This document shows positions 9,370 through 17,573 of a stretch of DNA of 31,422 bases, one piece after another. A program made the position numbers and the translations under genes. Position 1 is the first letter of the stretch, and each line of letters opens with the position of its first letter. The stretch is from Polyangiales bacterium (GTDB lineage: Bacteria; Myxococcota_A; Polyangia; Polyangiales; Polyangiaceae): contig JBBRNJ010000094.1 of assembly GCA_038230375.1 (NCBI GenBank), forward strand, positions 1 to 31,422, in the 5' to 3' direction. Below the pieces are notes generated by a model. That model was not told the origin of the DNA and made no database searches. It saw only the letters and a list, made by a program, of their open reading frames with translations.

Positions 9370-10815
9370 ATGAAGCGAGCAGCAGCATTCGTGATGGGAC
9401 TCGTGGCCGCCGGTTCGGCACTCACCCTTGCCGGTGAGCGCGACGCCACGGCGTGCGGCGGATGCTTCCACCCCCCGGCGCAGGTCGCCTCCGACATCAC
9501 GGATGAGCGCATGCTCCTGTCAGTGTCGCAGCAGCAGACCACGCTCTATGACCAGATCCGCTACACCGGGAGCCCGAAGTCGTTTGCGTGGGTGCTGCCC
9601 ATCAAGGGCACCGTGGACGTGGGGCTCAGCTCCGACGTGCTGTTCGCGTCGATCGACACGCTCACGCAGACGACGATCCCCCAGCCGCAAGTGAATTGCC
9701 CCGCGCCTCCGGAGGAGTGCCTCTCTCGCGGCGCGTTCGGCGGCGGCTCCGCGGACGGCGGCTCGGCATCAGCGCCTAGTGGCGACGTGACCGTCACCAA
9801 GGCCGAGAACGTCGGCCCCTACGCCACGGTGCAGCTCCACGCCACCGACTCCACCGCGCTCGAGACCTGGCTCTCGGACAACGGGTTCATGATCCCCGCG
9901 GAGGTGAAGCCGATCATCGCGCAGTACGTCTCGGAGGGCTTCGACTTCCTCGCGATGAAGCTCCTTCCGAACCAGGGCGTCCAGGCCATGCGCCCGGTGC
10001 GCGTCACCATGCCCGGCGCGTCGCTCTCGCTGCCGCTGCGCATGGCGGCCATCGGCACCGGTGCCACCGTCGGCATCTCAATCTGGGTCGTCGCGGACGG
10101 CCGCTACGAGCCGCAGAATTTCCCCTTCTTCCACATCGAGGACAAGGAGCTCGCCTGGGACTTCAACCTGAGCAGCAGCAACTACACGTCGCTGCGCCAG
10201 TCGCACGGCGCGACGCTCGGCGGCAAGGGCTGGGAGATCGAGAGCTCGATCGACGTGAACCAGAGCACCATCTCGCAGTACATCTACAGCGGCGGCTCGC
10301 CGTTCGGCGGCGCAGGTGACCCCACGCAGGACTACCTGCCCATCACCACCACCACCGGCGGCGGCGACGGCGGCGCGGACGGCGGCGCGGTGTCCGAGAG
10401 CGCGGCGCAGGTCCGCGATGACGACATCAAGGCGCTCTTCGCCGGTATCAGCGGCTCCAACGTCCGCATCACGCGGATGCGCAGCGACATCTCGCATGCG
10501 GCCATGAACGTGGACTTCGTGCTCCGCGCCAGCGCGGACCAGTCGGAGCTCTCCAACGTGCGCGTCGTGACGAACCTCCTGAATGCCACGTGCCCCGTCT
10601 ACGACGGCTGCGACGTGCTCGGCAGCGCGCCGCCCGATCAGGCCGCCGCGCTCTCCACGGGCCCCGGCGGCAAGGGCTGCGCAGCATCACGCACGAGCAA
10701 CTCCACGGACCTGAAGCTCGCCGGAATCCTTGGCATCCTCGGCATGACCATCATGCGCCTTCACCGCAACCGCGCACGCCGCCGCACACAGACCATGACA
10801 CGCAAGAAGTCCTGA
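9370..10815 (+). CDS. DUF2330-family exported protein, paralog 2, with MYXO-CTERM-like tail
   Basis: Same motifs as paralog 1. C-terminus KGCAA...LAGILGILGMTIMRLHRNRARRR. Confidence 0.85.
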   Translation: MKRAAAFVMGLVAAGSALTLAGERDATACGGCFHPPAQVASDITDERMLLSVSQQQTTLYDQIRYTGSPKSFAWVLPIKGTVDVGLSSDVLFASIDTLTQTTIPQPQVNCPAPPEECLSRGAFGGGSADGGSASAPSGDVTVTKAENVGPYATVQLHATDSTALETWLSDNGFMIPAEVKPIIAQYVSEGFDFLAMKLLPNQGVQAMRPVRVTMPGASLSLPLRMAAIGTGATVGISIWVVADGRYEPQNFPFFHIEDKELAWDFNLSSSNYTSLRQSHGATLGGKGWEIESSIDVNQSTISQYIYSGGSPFGGAGDPTQDYLPITTTTGGGDGGADGGAVSESAAQVRDDDIKALFAGISGSNVRITRMRSDISHAAMNVDFVLRASADQSELSNVRVVTNLLNATCPVYDGCDVLGSAPPDQAAALSTGPGGKGCAASRTSNSTDLKLAGILGILGMTIMRLHRNRARRRTQTMTRKKS

Positions 10816-10886
10816 AGGATTGGCCCAACAGCCGGTCGATACCGTACGTTTACTGATGGCTCCTTGTGAGCCACAGGAGGAAGCAG

Positions 10887-12335
10887 ATGAGAAGAGCAGC
10901 CGTCGTGTTGGGGATCTCCGTTGCAGCCTGCGCTTTCGCCATGGCGGGCGAACGTGAAGCGCGCGCATGCGGTGGCTGCTTCCAGCCGCCCACGCAGACC
11001 GCGACGGACATCACTGACGAGCGGATGCTGCTCTCCGTGTCTCCAAAACAGACCACGCTGTACGATCAGATTCGCTACTCGGGCAACCCGAAGTCGTTCG
11101 CGTGGGTGCTTCCCATCAAGGGCACCGTGGACGTCGGGCTGAGCGCGGACGTGCTGTTCGACTCCGTGGCCGTGCTCACCGACACGACCATCACCGCGCC
11201 CACAGTGAACTGCGCGCCGCCGCCATCCAACTGCGCGTTCCCGCAGTCCGCGTCTGGCTCGGCCAACGGTGGTAGCGCGGGCGATGGCGTGACCGTGACG
11301 AAGGCCGAGAACGTCGGCCCCTACGCGACCGTCCAGCTCCATGCGACGGACTCCAGCGCGCTCGAGACCTGGCTCTCGGACAACGGCTTTCAGATCCCCG
11401 CCGACCAGAAGCCAATCATCGACCAGTACGTGAAGGAGGGCTTCGACTTCCTCGCGATGAAGCTCCTCCCCAACCAGGGCGTCAGCTCGATGCGCCCGGT
11501 GCGCGTGACGTCTCCCGGTGCCTCGCTGTCACTGCCCCTTCGCATGGCGGCCATCGGCACCGGCGCGACCGTCGGCATCACCATCTGGGTCGTGAGCGAA
11601 GGCCGCTACGAGCCGCAAAATTTCCCCTTCTTTCACATCGACGACAAGGACCTGGTCTGGGACTTCGGCACGAGCAGCAGCAACTACACCGCCCTCCGCG
11701 CGCAGCACGCGACTGACTCCCAGAACAAGGGATGGGAGATGGAGGCCTCGCTCGAGCTGAACCAGACGCTCATCGCGGGCGTCATCAACTCCGGCGGTCG
11801 CTACTATGGCGGACCCAATGGCGGAGGCGGAGGTGGTGTGGCCCCACCGTCCGACGCAAACCAGGACTACCTCCCCATCACCACGTCCGTTCCCGACGCC
11901 GGCGCCGACAGCGGCACCACCGAGAGCGCCGATCAGGTCCGCGCGGACGACATCAAGACGCTGTTCGCGGGCATGACAGGCTCGAACGTGCGCATCACCC
12001 GCATGCGAAGCGACATCGCCCATGCGGCCATGACGACCGACTTCGTGCTCCGTGCATCGGCCGACCAGTCCGAGATGTCCAACATCCGCGTCGTCACGAA
12101 CACCGCGAACGCCACCTGCCCCGTCTACGATGGCTGCCAGGTGATCGGCTCGGCGCCCGCCAATGCCGACGGCAGCCCCGCTGGCGGTCCGACTGGCTCC
12201 TCCGGCTGCGCAGCCACCAGCTCCACGAGCACAGCGGACCTCAAGTACGCAGGCCTCGTAGGCATCCTGGGCCTGGCCGCCATGACCTTCGTCCGAAGGC
12301 GTAGAGCAAGTGCCACTGCGAAAAAATCGAGCTGA
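10887..12335 (+). CDS. DUF2330-family exported protein, paralog 3, with MYXO-CTERM-like tail
   Basis: Same motifs. AGGAGG Shine-Dalgarno before ATG 10887. C-terminus SGCAA...GLVGILGLAAMTFVRRRR. Confidence 0.85.
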   Translation: MRRAAVVLGISVAACAFAMAGEREARACGGCFQPPTQTATDITDERMLLSVSPKQTTLYDQIRYSGNPKSFAWVLPIKGTVDVGLSADVLFDSVAVLTDTTITAPTVNCAPPPSNCAFPQSASGSANGGSAGDGVTVTKAENVGPYATVQLHATDSSALETWLSDNGFQIPADQKPIIDQYVKEGFDFLAMKLLPNQGVSSMRPVRVTSPGASLSLPLRMAAIGTGATVGITIWVVSEGRYEPQNFPFFHIDDKDLVWDFGTSSSNYTALRAQHATDSQNKGWEMEASLELNQTLIAGVINSGGRYYGGPNGGGGGGVAPPSDANQDYLPITTSVPDAGADSGTTESADQVRADDIKTLFAGMTGSNVRITRMRSDIAHAAMTTDFVLRASADQSEMSNIRVVTNTANATCPVYDGCQVIGSAPANADGSPAGGPTGSSGCAATSSTSTADLKYAGLVGILGLAAMTFVRRRRASATAKKSS

Positions 12336-12386
12336 CGAGCGACATTCGTTTGCGAAACCGGGAGCGTGACTTAAGCTCCCGCGGAC

Positions 12387-13481
12387 ATGAGCTCGCTTGC
12401 GCAGCGCCTCGAGCGCGAATTCGAAGAGATCACCCAAGAGTACCAGACCCACTACGCGGGCCAGTCCCGGCTCGACCGCGATATCGGTCGGCTGGACAAG
12501 CTCATCGCGCGTACGGGTGAGGTCGTGAAGTCCGTTCAAGGCCTGCCCGACGCGGTGCGCTCCAGCGACCTCAACACGCTCCTCACCAATGCGACCTCTA
12601 CGCTCGGGCTCTACCAGACGGAGCGCCGCGAGATCGAGAAGGCGCAGACCGCCGGCCCCACGTACTCGGAGTTCGGTGAGCTCGCATCGAAGGCGAACTT
12701 CATCTTCGCGCGCTACCGCCGCCATTTCGCGGGCCAGTCACGCGGCACGCGGGACCTGGGCCAGCTGTCCGAGATGATCACGGACCTCGACAAGCTCCAT
12801 GTCGAGATGAAGCGCGTCGCGAAGGCGGAGAAGAACCCCACGTTCGACACCGACGTCGAGCTCGTGATGACCAACAAGAAGATGTACGAGAAGGAGCGCT
12901 CGGAGATCGAGAAGGCCTTCACGGAAGGCACGGACGAGGACCGCGCCAACCGGCTCGGCGCGCAGGCGAACGGGCAGTTCGCTGTCTACCGCGTGCACTT
13001 CGCCGGTGCTTCTCGCGTGTCGCGGCGGCCCGTGCTCCTCTCGCGCACCATCGACACGCTGAAGCGCATCCTTGCGGACATGAACGCGCTCTCCAAGAAG
13101 GGCTTCGCGGCGGACTTCCACCCGAAGAACATCGAGGTCGTGAAGGGCCAGCTCTCCATGTACGAGGCGGAGCTCGAGGAGATCCGGAAGGCGAAGAAGA
13201 CCACCTCCATGGACGACCTCATGGGTGCGCTGGGAGAGACCGCGAACAACCTGTTCCAGGAGTACCGCGACAGCTTCGCAGGGAAGAACCGCGCGCAGGT
13301 CGAGCGCGACAAGCTCGCCAGCATCTGCGATCGTCTCGCAGAGGTTCTCCGCCAGATGGACGACCTGGCCGCGGCGCAGGACAGCGACATGAACGAGGGC
13401 AACCGCAACATCGTCCTCGACCAGCTCACCAACTTCGAGACCGAGTACGAAGCCGTCCTGACGGCTCAAAAGAACTCCTAA
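12387..13481 (+). CDS. Hypothetical alpha-helical protein with four internal repeats
   Basis: Four copies of F..YrxhFAG.sR..r (YQTHYAGQSR, YRRHFAGQSR, YRVHFAGASR, YRDSFAGKNR). Typical GC3 codon bias. Confidence 0.85.
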   Translation: MSSLAQRLEREFEEITQEYQTHYAGQSRLDRDIGRLDKLIARTGEVVKSVQGLPDAVRSSDLNTLLTNATSTLGLYQTERREIEKAQTAGPTYSEFGELASKANFIFARYRRHFAGQSRGTRDLGQLSEMITDLDKLHVEMKRVAKAEKNPTFDTDVELVMTNKKMYEKERSEIEKAFTEGTDEDRANRLGAQANGQFAVYRVHFAGASRVSRRPVLLSRTIDTLKRILADMNALSKKGFAADFHPKNIEVVKGQLSMYEAELEEIRKAKKTTSMDDLMGALGETANNLFQEYRDSFAGKNRAQVERDKLASICDRLAEVLRQMDDLAAAQDSDMNEGNRNIVLDQLTNFETEYEAVLTAQKNS

Positions 13482-13506
13482 GAAGACCGGCGTTTTTCGG
13501 CCTTCT
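13481..13506. terminator. Hairpin between convergent genes (possible bidirectional terminator)
   Basis: On the minus strand AGAAGGCCG-AAAAACGC-CGGTCTTCT forms a 9-bp stem with one G-U pair. It fills the gap between the two stop codons. Confidence 0.45.
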
Positions 13507-13509
13507 CGA

Positions 13510-14247
13510 TCAGGTTTGTTGGGCTCCGAGGATGATTCCGGCGTTGCTCAGATCGGCTAGCAGGCGCGCGGAGTCGTTCAGTACGGACTGGGACAGATCC
13601 AGGCCTAGCGTCTTGCAGGCGTTCGGGATGGCGTGGGCCAGCGCCGAGCCTTTCTGGAGCTCGCGGACGATCGCCGCGGCTAGCGGGGTCAGCACGAAGA
13701 GCTTTGGCTCCTCCTTCTCGTCGCGATAGCCGAGCAGGATCGTCTCGGCGGGTTCGGGAGGGGGGGTGTCGTCTTCCCATGCATGTATGTTGCATGCAAA
13801 TGTCTCGAGCAGCGCTGGCGACTCGAGGACGAGCGGGAGATGCGGCGCTGCGTCCACGAGCTGGTCTGGCCGCGGGGTGCGCTCTGCGATGCGCACGCGG
13901 AACCAGAAGAGCTCCCACGCGGCGAGCGTCACGGTGTAGGGCGGCAGGCGCGCGTCGCCCGCGAGGCGTTCCTTGCCCCACGCGAAGATCTCGTACGGGA
14001 TCTCCCGCATGTAGTGCGAGCGCATCCCCGGGCCGCGCAGGAAGTCGTCAACGAGCGCCTCCACCGAGCCTTTCGCGTGCTCGTCCATCAGCGCCGTTGC
14101 GCGCGGGATCAGCTGCCGCAACACACCGCGTACGTTGTTCTGCACGAGCTCGCGGTAGAGCCAGGCGCGAGGCATGGCCTCATGATGCAGCCCCACGCAC
14201 GCGTCGTGGAGTGCGCGGGCCGTATCGAGCTCACGCGTCGCGCTCAC
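13510..14247 (-). CDS. MNIO partner protein (DUF2063/HvfC/BufC-like)
   Basis: LYRELVQNNVRGVLRQLIPR...F...SHYMREIPYEIFAW...LAAWEL matches the pattern of DUF2063-type proteins encoded next to DUF692 genes. The GTG start overlaps the DUF692 stop (GTGA). Confidence 0.8.
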   Translation of the reverse strand: MSATRELDTARALHDACVGLHHEAMPRAWLYRELVQNNVRGVLRQLIPRATALMDEHAKGSVEALVDDFLRGPGMRSHYMREIPYEIFAWGKERLAGDARLPPYTVTLAAWELFWFRVRIAERTPRPDQLVDAAPHLPLVLESPALLETFACNIHAWEDDTPPPEPAETILLGYRDEKEEPKLFVLTPLAAAIVRELQKGSALAHAIPNACKTLGLDLSQSVLNDSARLLADLSNAGIILGAQQT

Positions 14248-15128
14248 CGTGCGACTCCCGTCACCGAAGGTTGCACCACTGGCGGCGCCTCGGTCTGCGC
14301 GATCGCGGCGTCGTACACGGCGCGGATGCGACCGACCTCCTTCATGAGCCCCGCAAGGTCCGGGATGTTCTGATCCCGCTCGAGCAGCACCGGCACAGGT
14401 CCCGTTCGCGGCAGCACGCGCCCAAGCAACGCGAGCACTGGATCGGTCACGTCCTCGCCGTGCGTATCAACGATGAGGCGGTGCCCTTCCCTGTCACGAT
14501 CATCGAACCACGCATGCCCCGCCACGTGCATCTGCGCCACGCGTTCGAGCGGAGCCTTCGCCATCCACTCGTCCACGTTGAACCCGAAATTGACCGAGTT
14601 CACGTAGGCGTTGTTCACGTCCAGCATGAGCCCGCAGTCGGCGCGCTCGCACAGCTCGGACAGAAACTCCGGCTCGCTCATCTCGCGCTCGCCGGGGTGC
14701 ATGTAGTAGCTGATGTTCTCCACCAGCATCCGCATGCCCAGCGTGTCTTGCGCTTCCTTGATGCGGTCCGCGATGCGAACGACATTCGCCTTCGTGAACG
14801 CCACGGGGAGCAGATCATGGAGCAGCTTGCCATCCAGCGAGCTCCAGCACACGTGGTCGGAATGCCACGGCGTTCCCACCTCGCGCGCAAACGCGGCGAG
14901 GCTTTGCATGTACTCTGCACCGAACGGGTCGAAGCCGCCGATCGACATCGTGAGCCCGTGCGTGATGATCGGATAGCGCTCGCGCAGGTCGGAAAGGCGC
15001 TCGCGATGAAAGCCACCACGTCCGACATAGTTCTCCGGAGAGACCTCGAGGAACGCCAGTGCAGGCATCTCCTCGAGGAGCTCGTCCAGGAATTCCCACC
15101 GCAGACCGAGGCCGACTCCAGCAATCAT
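14244..15128 (-). CDS. DUF692-family multinuclear non-heme iron-dependent oxidative enzyme (MNIO)
   Basis: GVGLGLR, EVSPENY, THG, SDH, ENISYY, LDVNN, HVAGH, DTHG and LLERD: the complete DUF692 motif set. GGAG Shine-Dalgarno upstream. Confidence 0.95.
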   Translation of the reverse strand: MIAGVGLGLRWEFLDELLEEMPALAFLEVSPENYVGRGGFHRERLSDLRERYPIITHGLTMSIGGFDPFGAEYMQSLAAFAREVGTPWHSDHVCWSSLDGKLLHDLLPVAFTKANVVRIADRIKEAQDTLGMRMLVENISYYMHPGEREMSEPEFLSELCERADCGLMLDVNNAYVNSVNFGFNVDEWMAKAPLERVAQMHVAGHAWFDDRDREGHRLIVDTHGEDVTDPVLALLGRVLPRTGPVPVLLERDQNIPDLAGLMKEVGRIRAVYDAAIAQTEAPPVVQPSVTGVAR

Positions 15129-15171
15129 CCAATCTCCGCTCCCGGAAACGGCATCGGCCAGGCGATGTTGT

Positions 15172-15618
15172 TTACTTGCTGGCGCTGCAGGTGCCGGCGC
15201 CGCAGCTCATCTGACCGCCGGCCTTTGCGGGGGGCTTCTTCCCGGCAGGCGCGGCGCTCGCGGGCGTGGCAGGTGCCTTTGCCGTTGTTGTCGGCGTTGC
15301 GACCGCGGGGGTTGCGGGGGCAGCAGGGGTCGCGGGCGTCGCGGCCGTGGGGGTTGCACCGCCAGCACCGCCAGAGGCAGCACCGGTCGTGGGCGTGGTG
15401 GCCGCAGGGTCGGCGTGCGCGCCAGCGCCGCAGTGGCCGTCGCCCTTCGCGCCGCAGCTCATCTGCGCACCGGGGGCGGGCGTGGCGGGAGCAGCCGCGG
15501 GGGCGGCGGTGATGGGGGCCTCGGCCGGCTTTGCGTCCCCGCCACAGGCGACGAGCGCGGTGCCACCAAGGATGGCGAGGGCAGAGGCGAAGGCTTCGAT
15601 CGAGAGGTTCGGACGCAT
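15172..15618 (-). CDS. Putative MNIO precursor peptide, predicted lipoprotein (148 aa)
   Basis: AAGGAG Shine-Dalgarno before ATG 15618 and lipobox LVA-C25. Cys motifs QMSCGAKGDGHCGAG and C-terminal QMSCGAGTCSASK. Lies directly upstream of the DUF692 gene. Confidence 0.8.
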   Translation of the reverse strand: MRPNLSIEAFASALAILGGTALVACGGDAKPAEAPITAAPAAAPATPAPGAQMSCGAKGDGHCGAGAHADPAATTPTTGAASGGAGGATPTAATPATPAAPATPAVATPTTTAKAPATPASAAPAGKKPPAKAGGQMSCGAGTCSASK

Positions 15619-15654
15619 GCTGAAAACTCCTTGTAGATTACACACAGTGTCGGT

Positions 15655-15681
15655 GACGGTTGGGAAATGGTCCCGGGTTGC
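15655..15681 (-). promoter_or_regulatory. ECF-sigma-type promoter motif for the MNIO operon
   Basis: Minus strand GCAACC-N17-CGTC, matching the generic ECF AAC/CGT pattern. It ends about 36 nt upstream of the precursor start. Confidence 0.5.
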
Positions 15682-15711
15682 TCGGGAGGAACGCTTGCTG
15701 AACGCTGGATC

Positions 15712-16524
15712 TTACATAGCAGGCGCTGCGACGAACTCGAAGTTGACTGACGCCGTATCGGCGACCTTGGTGCCGAGGAGCTGGAAGGCCTCCTTGGTGA
15801 TGACGCCGAAATTGTCGCGGGGCTTGATCTCGTGCTCGTCCAGCGTGACGACGAATGGACTCTTGCTCTTGATGACGACCGACTCCGGCTTGTCGGCGGG
15901 CTTGGCGGTGGCCGGGTAGACGAACGTGATCTCCACGTCCACGGACTTGTCCTTCTTGTGTCCGTGGACCAGGAACTCCCCCTTCACCGTCGCCGTCAGC
16001 TTCTTCTCCATCTTGCCATCCTTGCCCGGGGCGAGCGGCGCCTTGGTGAGGTCAACGACGCTGGCGTTCTCCACGCCGCGGATCGCGAACACGGCGTAGC
16101 GGTTCGCCGCGACGATCTCCGGCTTCAGCTTGGTCGCCGCCTCGAGCCACGTCTTGGCGTCCTCCGTCTGCACCGCGTTCTTCTTCGCGTCGTCGAAGGT
16201 CTTGAGGTCGAGCGACTGCAGGTCCACCTTGATCTCGCCGCGCGTGGCGGGAATGTTCATGAGATCCAGGTCGATGTTGCCCTGCGACACCGACGTGGTG
16301 GCCTTGATGTGCTGCGCCGGGCCAGCCATGTCGATATCGGTGTGGCCCTTCGCGTCGACCGTGAGCTTCACGGCCATGCTCGTGGGAGCGGCCACGCTGG
16401 ACGCGAGCGCACTGGCGCTGGCCCCAAGCCCCGCACCGCTGCCGCTTCCCGAGGAGCTCTTGTCGCAGGCGAGCAGGAGAACCAGCGCCGCGCCACTCGT
16501 TGCCATCCCCAGGTACCGAGCCAT
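15712..16524 (-). CDS. YceI-like lipoprotein
   Basis: Lipobox LLA-C. The beta-barrel pattern HIKAT..GNIDLDL..TRGEIKVDLQSL...GEFLVHG is typical of YceI. Confidence 0.75.
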   Translation of the reverse strand: MARYLGMATSGAALVLLLACDKSSSGSGSGAGLGASASALASSVAAPTSMAVKLTVDAKGHTDIDMAGPAQHIKATTSVSQGNIDLDLMNIPATRGEIKVDLQSLDLKTFDDAKKNAVQTEDAKTWLEAATKLKPEIVAANRYAVFAIRGVENASVVDLTKAPLAPGKDGKMEKKLTATVKGEFLVHGHKKDKSVDVEITFVYPATAKPADKPESVVIKSKSPFVVTLDEHEIKPRDNFGVITKEAFQLLGTKVADTASVNFEFVAAPAM

Positions 16525-16671
16525 CTTGAGAGCCTCCCGTTGTCGCGAAATTCCTGCGCAGCGCAGGGTCGACAGCTGGGTAGTCTACGCGCACCGCGGG
16601 GGCTGGTTTCTGCCTTTTTTCACAAAGCGCCGCCTCCTGTATCCGCCGCATTTCGCGGTAGCATCCAGGCT

Positions 16672-17535
16672 GTGCTGTCGCTTCAGGAAGCCCTACGCCG
16701 GAGCCGCCCGTGCAGTTGCCTCTGCCACCACACGCTCACCACGGAGCTGCGGGCGACGGGCGTTCGGGCGCTCTACGTGCTCGACGATGCCCTCCGCGGC
16801 TTCGGCTACAGGCCCACCTACGAGCTGCACGGGGACATGCTCTTTCGCCAGCAGCAGAAGAAGAACGATCCCGAGAGCCGCATGGTCGCGCCGCGCTTCG
16901 GTGAGTGCCTCTACCGCCGGCTCGTCGGCAGCATGCTGCACGAGACGCTGCACGCATGTGTTGGTGACGTCACGAAGGCGAACTACGGCATCCTCTGGGG
17001 ACTGCCCTACGGCGTGCCCGACGACCTGCCGGAGGCGGAGGAAGAGGCGTACCTCACGCCATTCAATGTTTGCGAGGCGCGCGCATGGGTGGGCGTGTGG
17101 CTCGTGGGCCGCAACATGTTCGGCATCGACTGGGATGTCCGCACCGCGCGCGACATTGGCACCTACTGCTTCACCGGGGGCAACGCGCTGAACAAGGCGC
17201 TACCCGGCTTCCGTGCGGTCGCCCACATCGATCGCAACCATCACGCGGAGCGCTACTACGCGCGCGGTCGCAAGCTCGAGGAGGAGGCACGCGCGTGGTT
17301 CGACGCGAACGGCCTCGCGGAGACCACGGAGAAGATCCGCGCAGCCGCGCAGAAGGGCGAGCGCTCCCGGAGCGAGAAATACGGGGATCCGGAGATGTGG
17401 GCGCGCATGCCGCCGAAGAAGATCGAGCGCAACGAGCTCTGCGTCTGCGGCAGCAACGAGAAGTACAAGGCCTGTTGCGGCGCCGCGGGCGGCGGCCCCA
17501 ATGCTGGCTACGCGGAGCCCGGGTTTGCAAGGTAG
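16672..17535 (+). CDS. HExxH-motif protein with C-terminal SEC-C zinc-binding motif
   Basis: MLHETLHA and RNELCVCGSNEKYKACCG (SEC-C). GTG 16672 was chosen as the start because TAGCAT lies 7 nt upstream and the longer ORF overlaps the YceI gene. Confidence 0.75.
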   Translation: MLSLQEALRRSRPCSCLCHHTLTTELRATGVRALYVLDDALRGFGYRPTYELHGDMLFRQQQKKNDPESRMVAPRFGECLYRRLVGSMLHETLHACVGDVTKANYGILWGLPYGVPDDLPEAEEEAYLTPFNVCEARAWVGVWLVGRNMFGIDWDVRTARDIGTYCFTGGNALNKALPGFRAVAHIDRNHHAERYYARGRKLEEEARAWFDANGLAETTEKIRAAAQKGERSRSEKYGDPEMWARMPPKKIERNELCVCGSNEKYKACCGAAGGGPNAGYAEPGFAR

Positions 17536-17573
17536 CTCGCCAGGTAGGTCGGCTGGGTAGGAGGCGCTCCACC

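Noticed and set aside
1414..9471. Long alternative-frame ORFs (e.g. 1414-2931, 3499-5556, 4080-6503, 7768-9471)
   Set aside because: Arg/Ala-rich shadows of well-supported genes, expected in high-GC DNA with few stop codons.
10857..10873. Possible sigma54 motif (TGGC...GAGC) before DUF2330 gene 3
   Set aside because: The -12 element lacks TGC, and the implied TSS would cut off the AGGAGG SD. It is better explained as a TGGCTC/GAGCCA hairpin.
7813..12335. DUF2330 triplet as a diversity-generating retroelement or invertible cassette system
   Set aside because: No reverse transcriptase or recombinase, no adenine-specific template/variable repeat pair seen, and all three copies are intact genes.
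13704..15512. 602-aa plus-strand ORF over the MNIO locus
   Set aside because: Antisense to three motif-supported genes, with no domain features.
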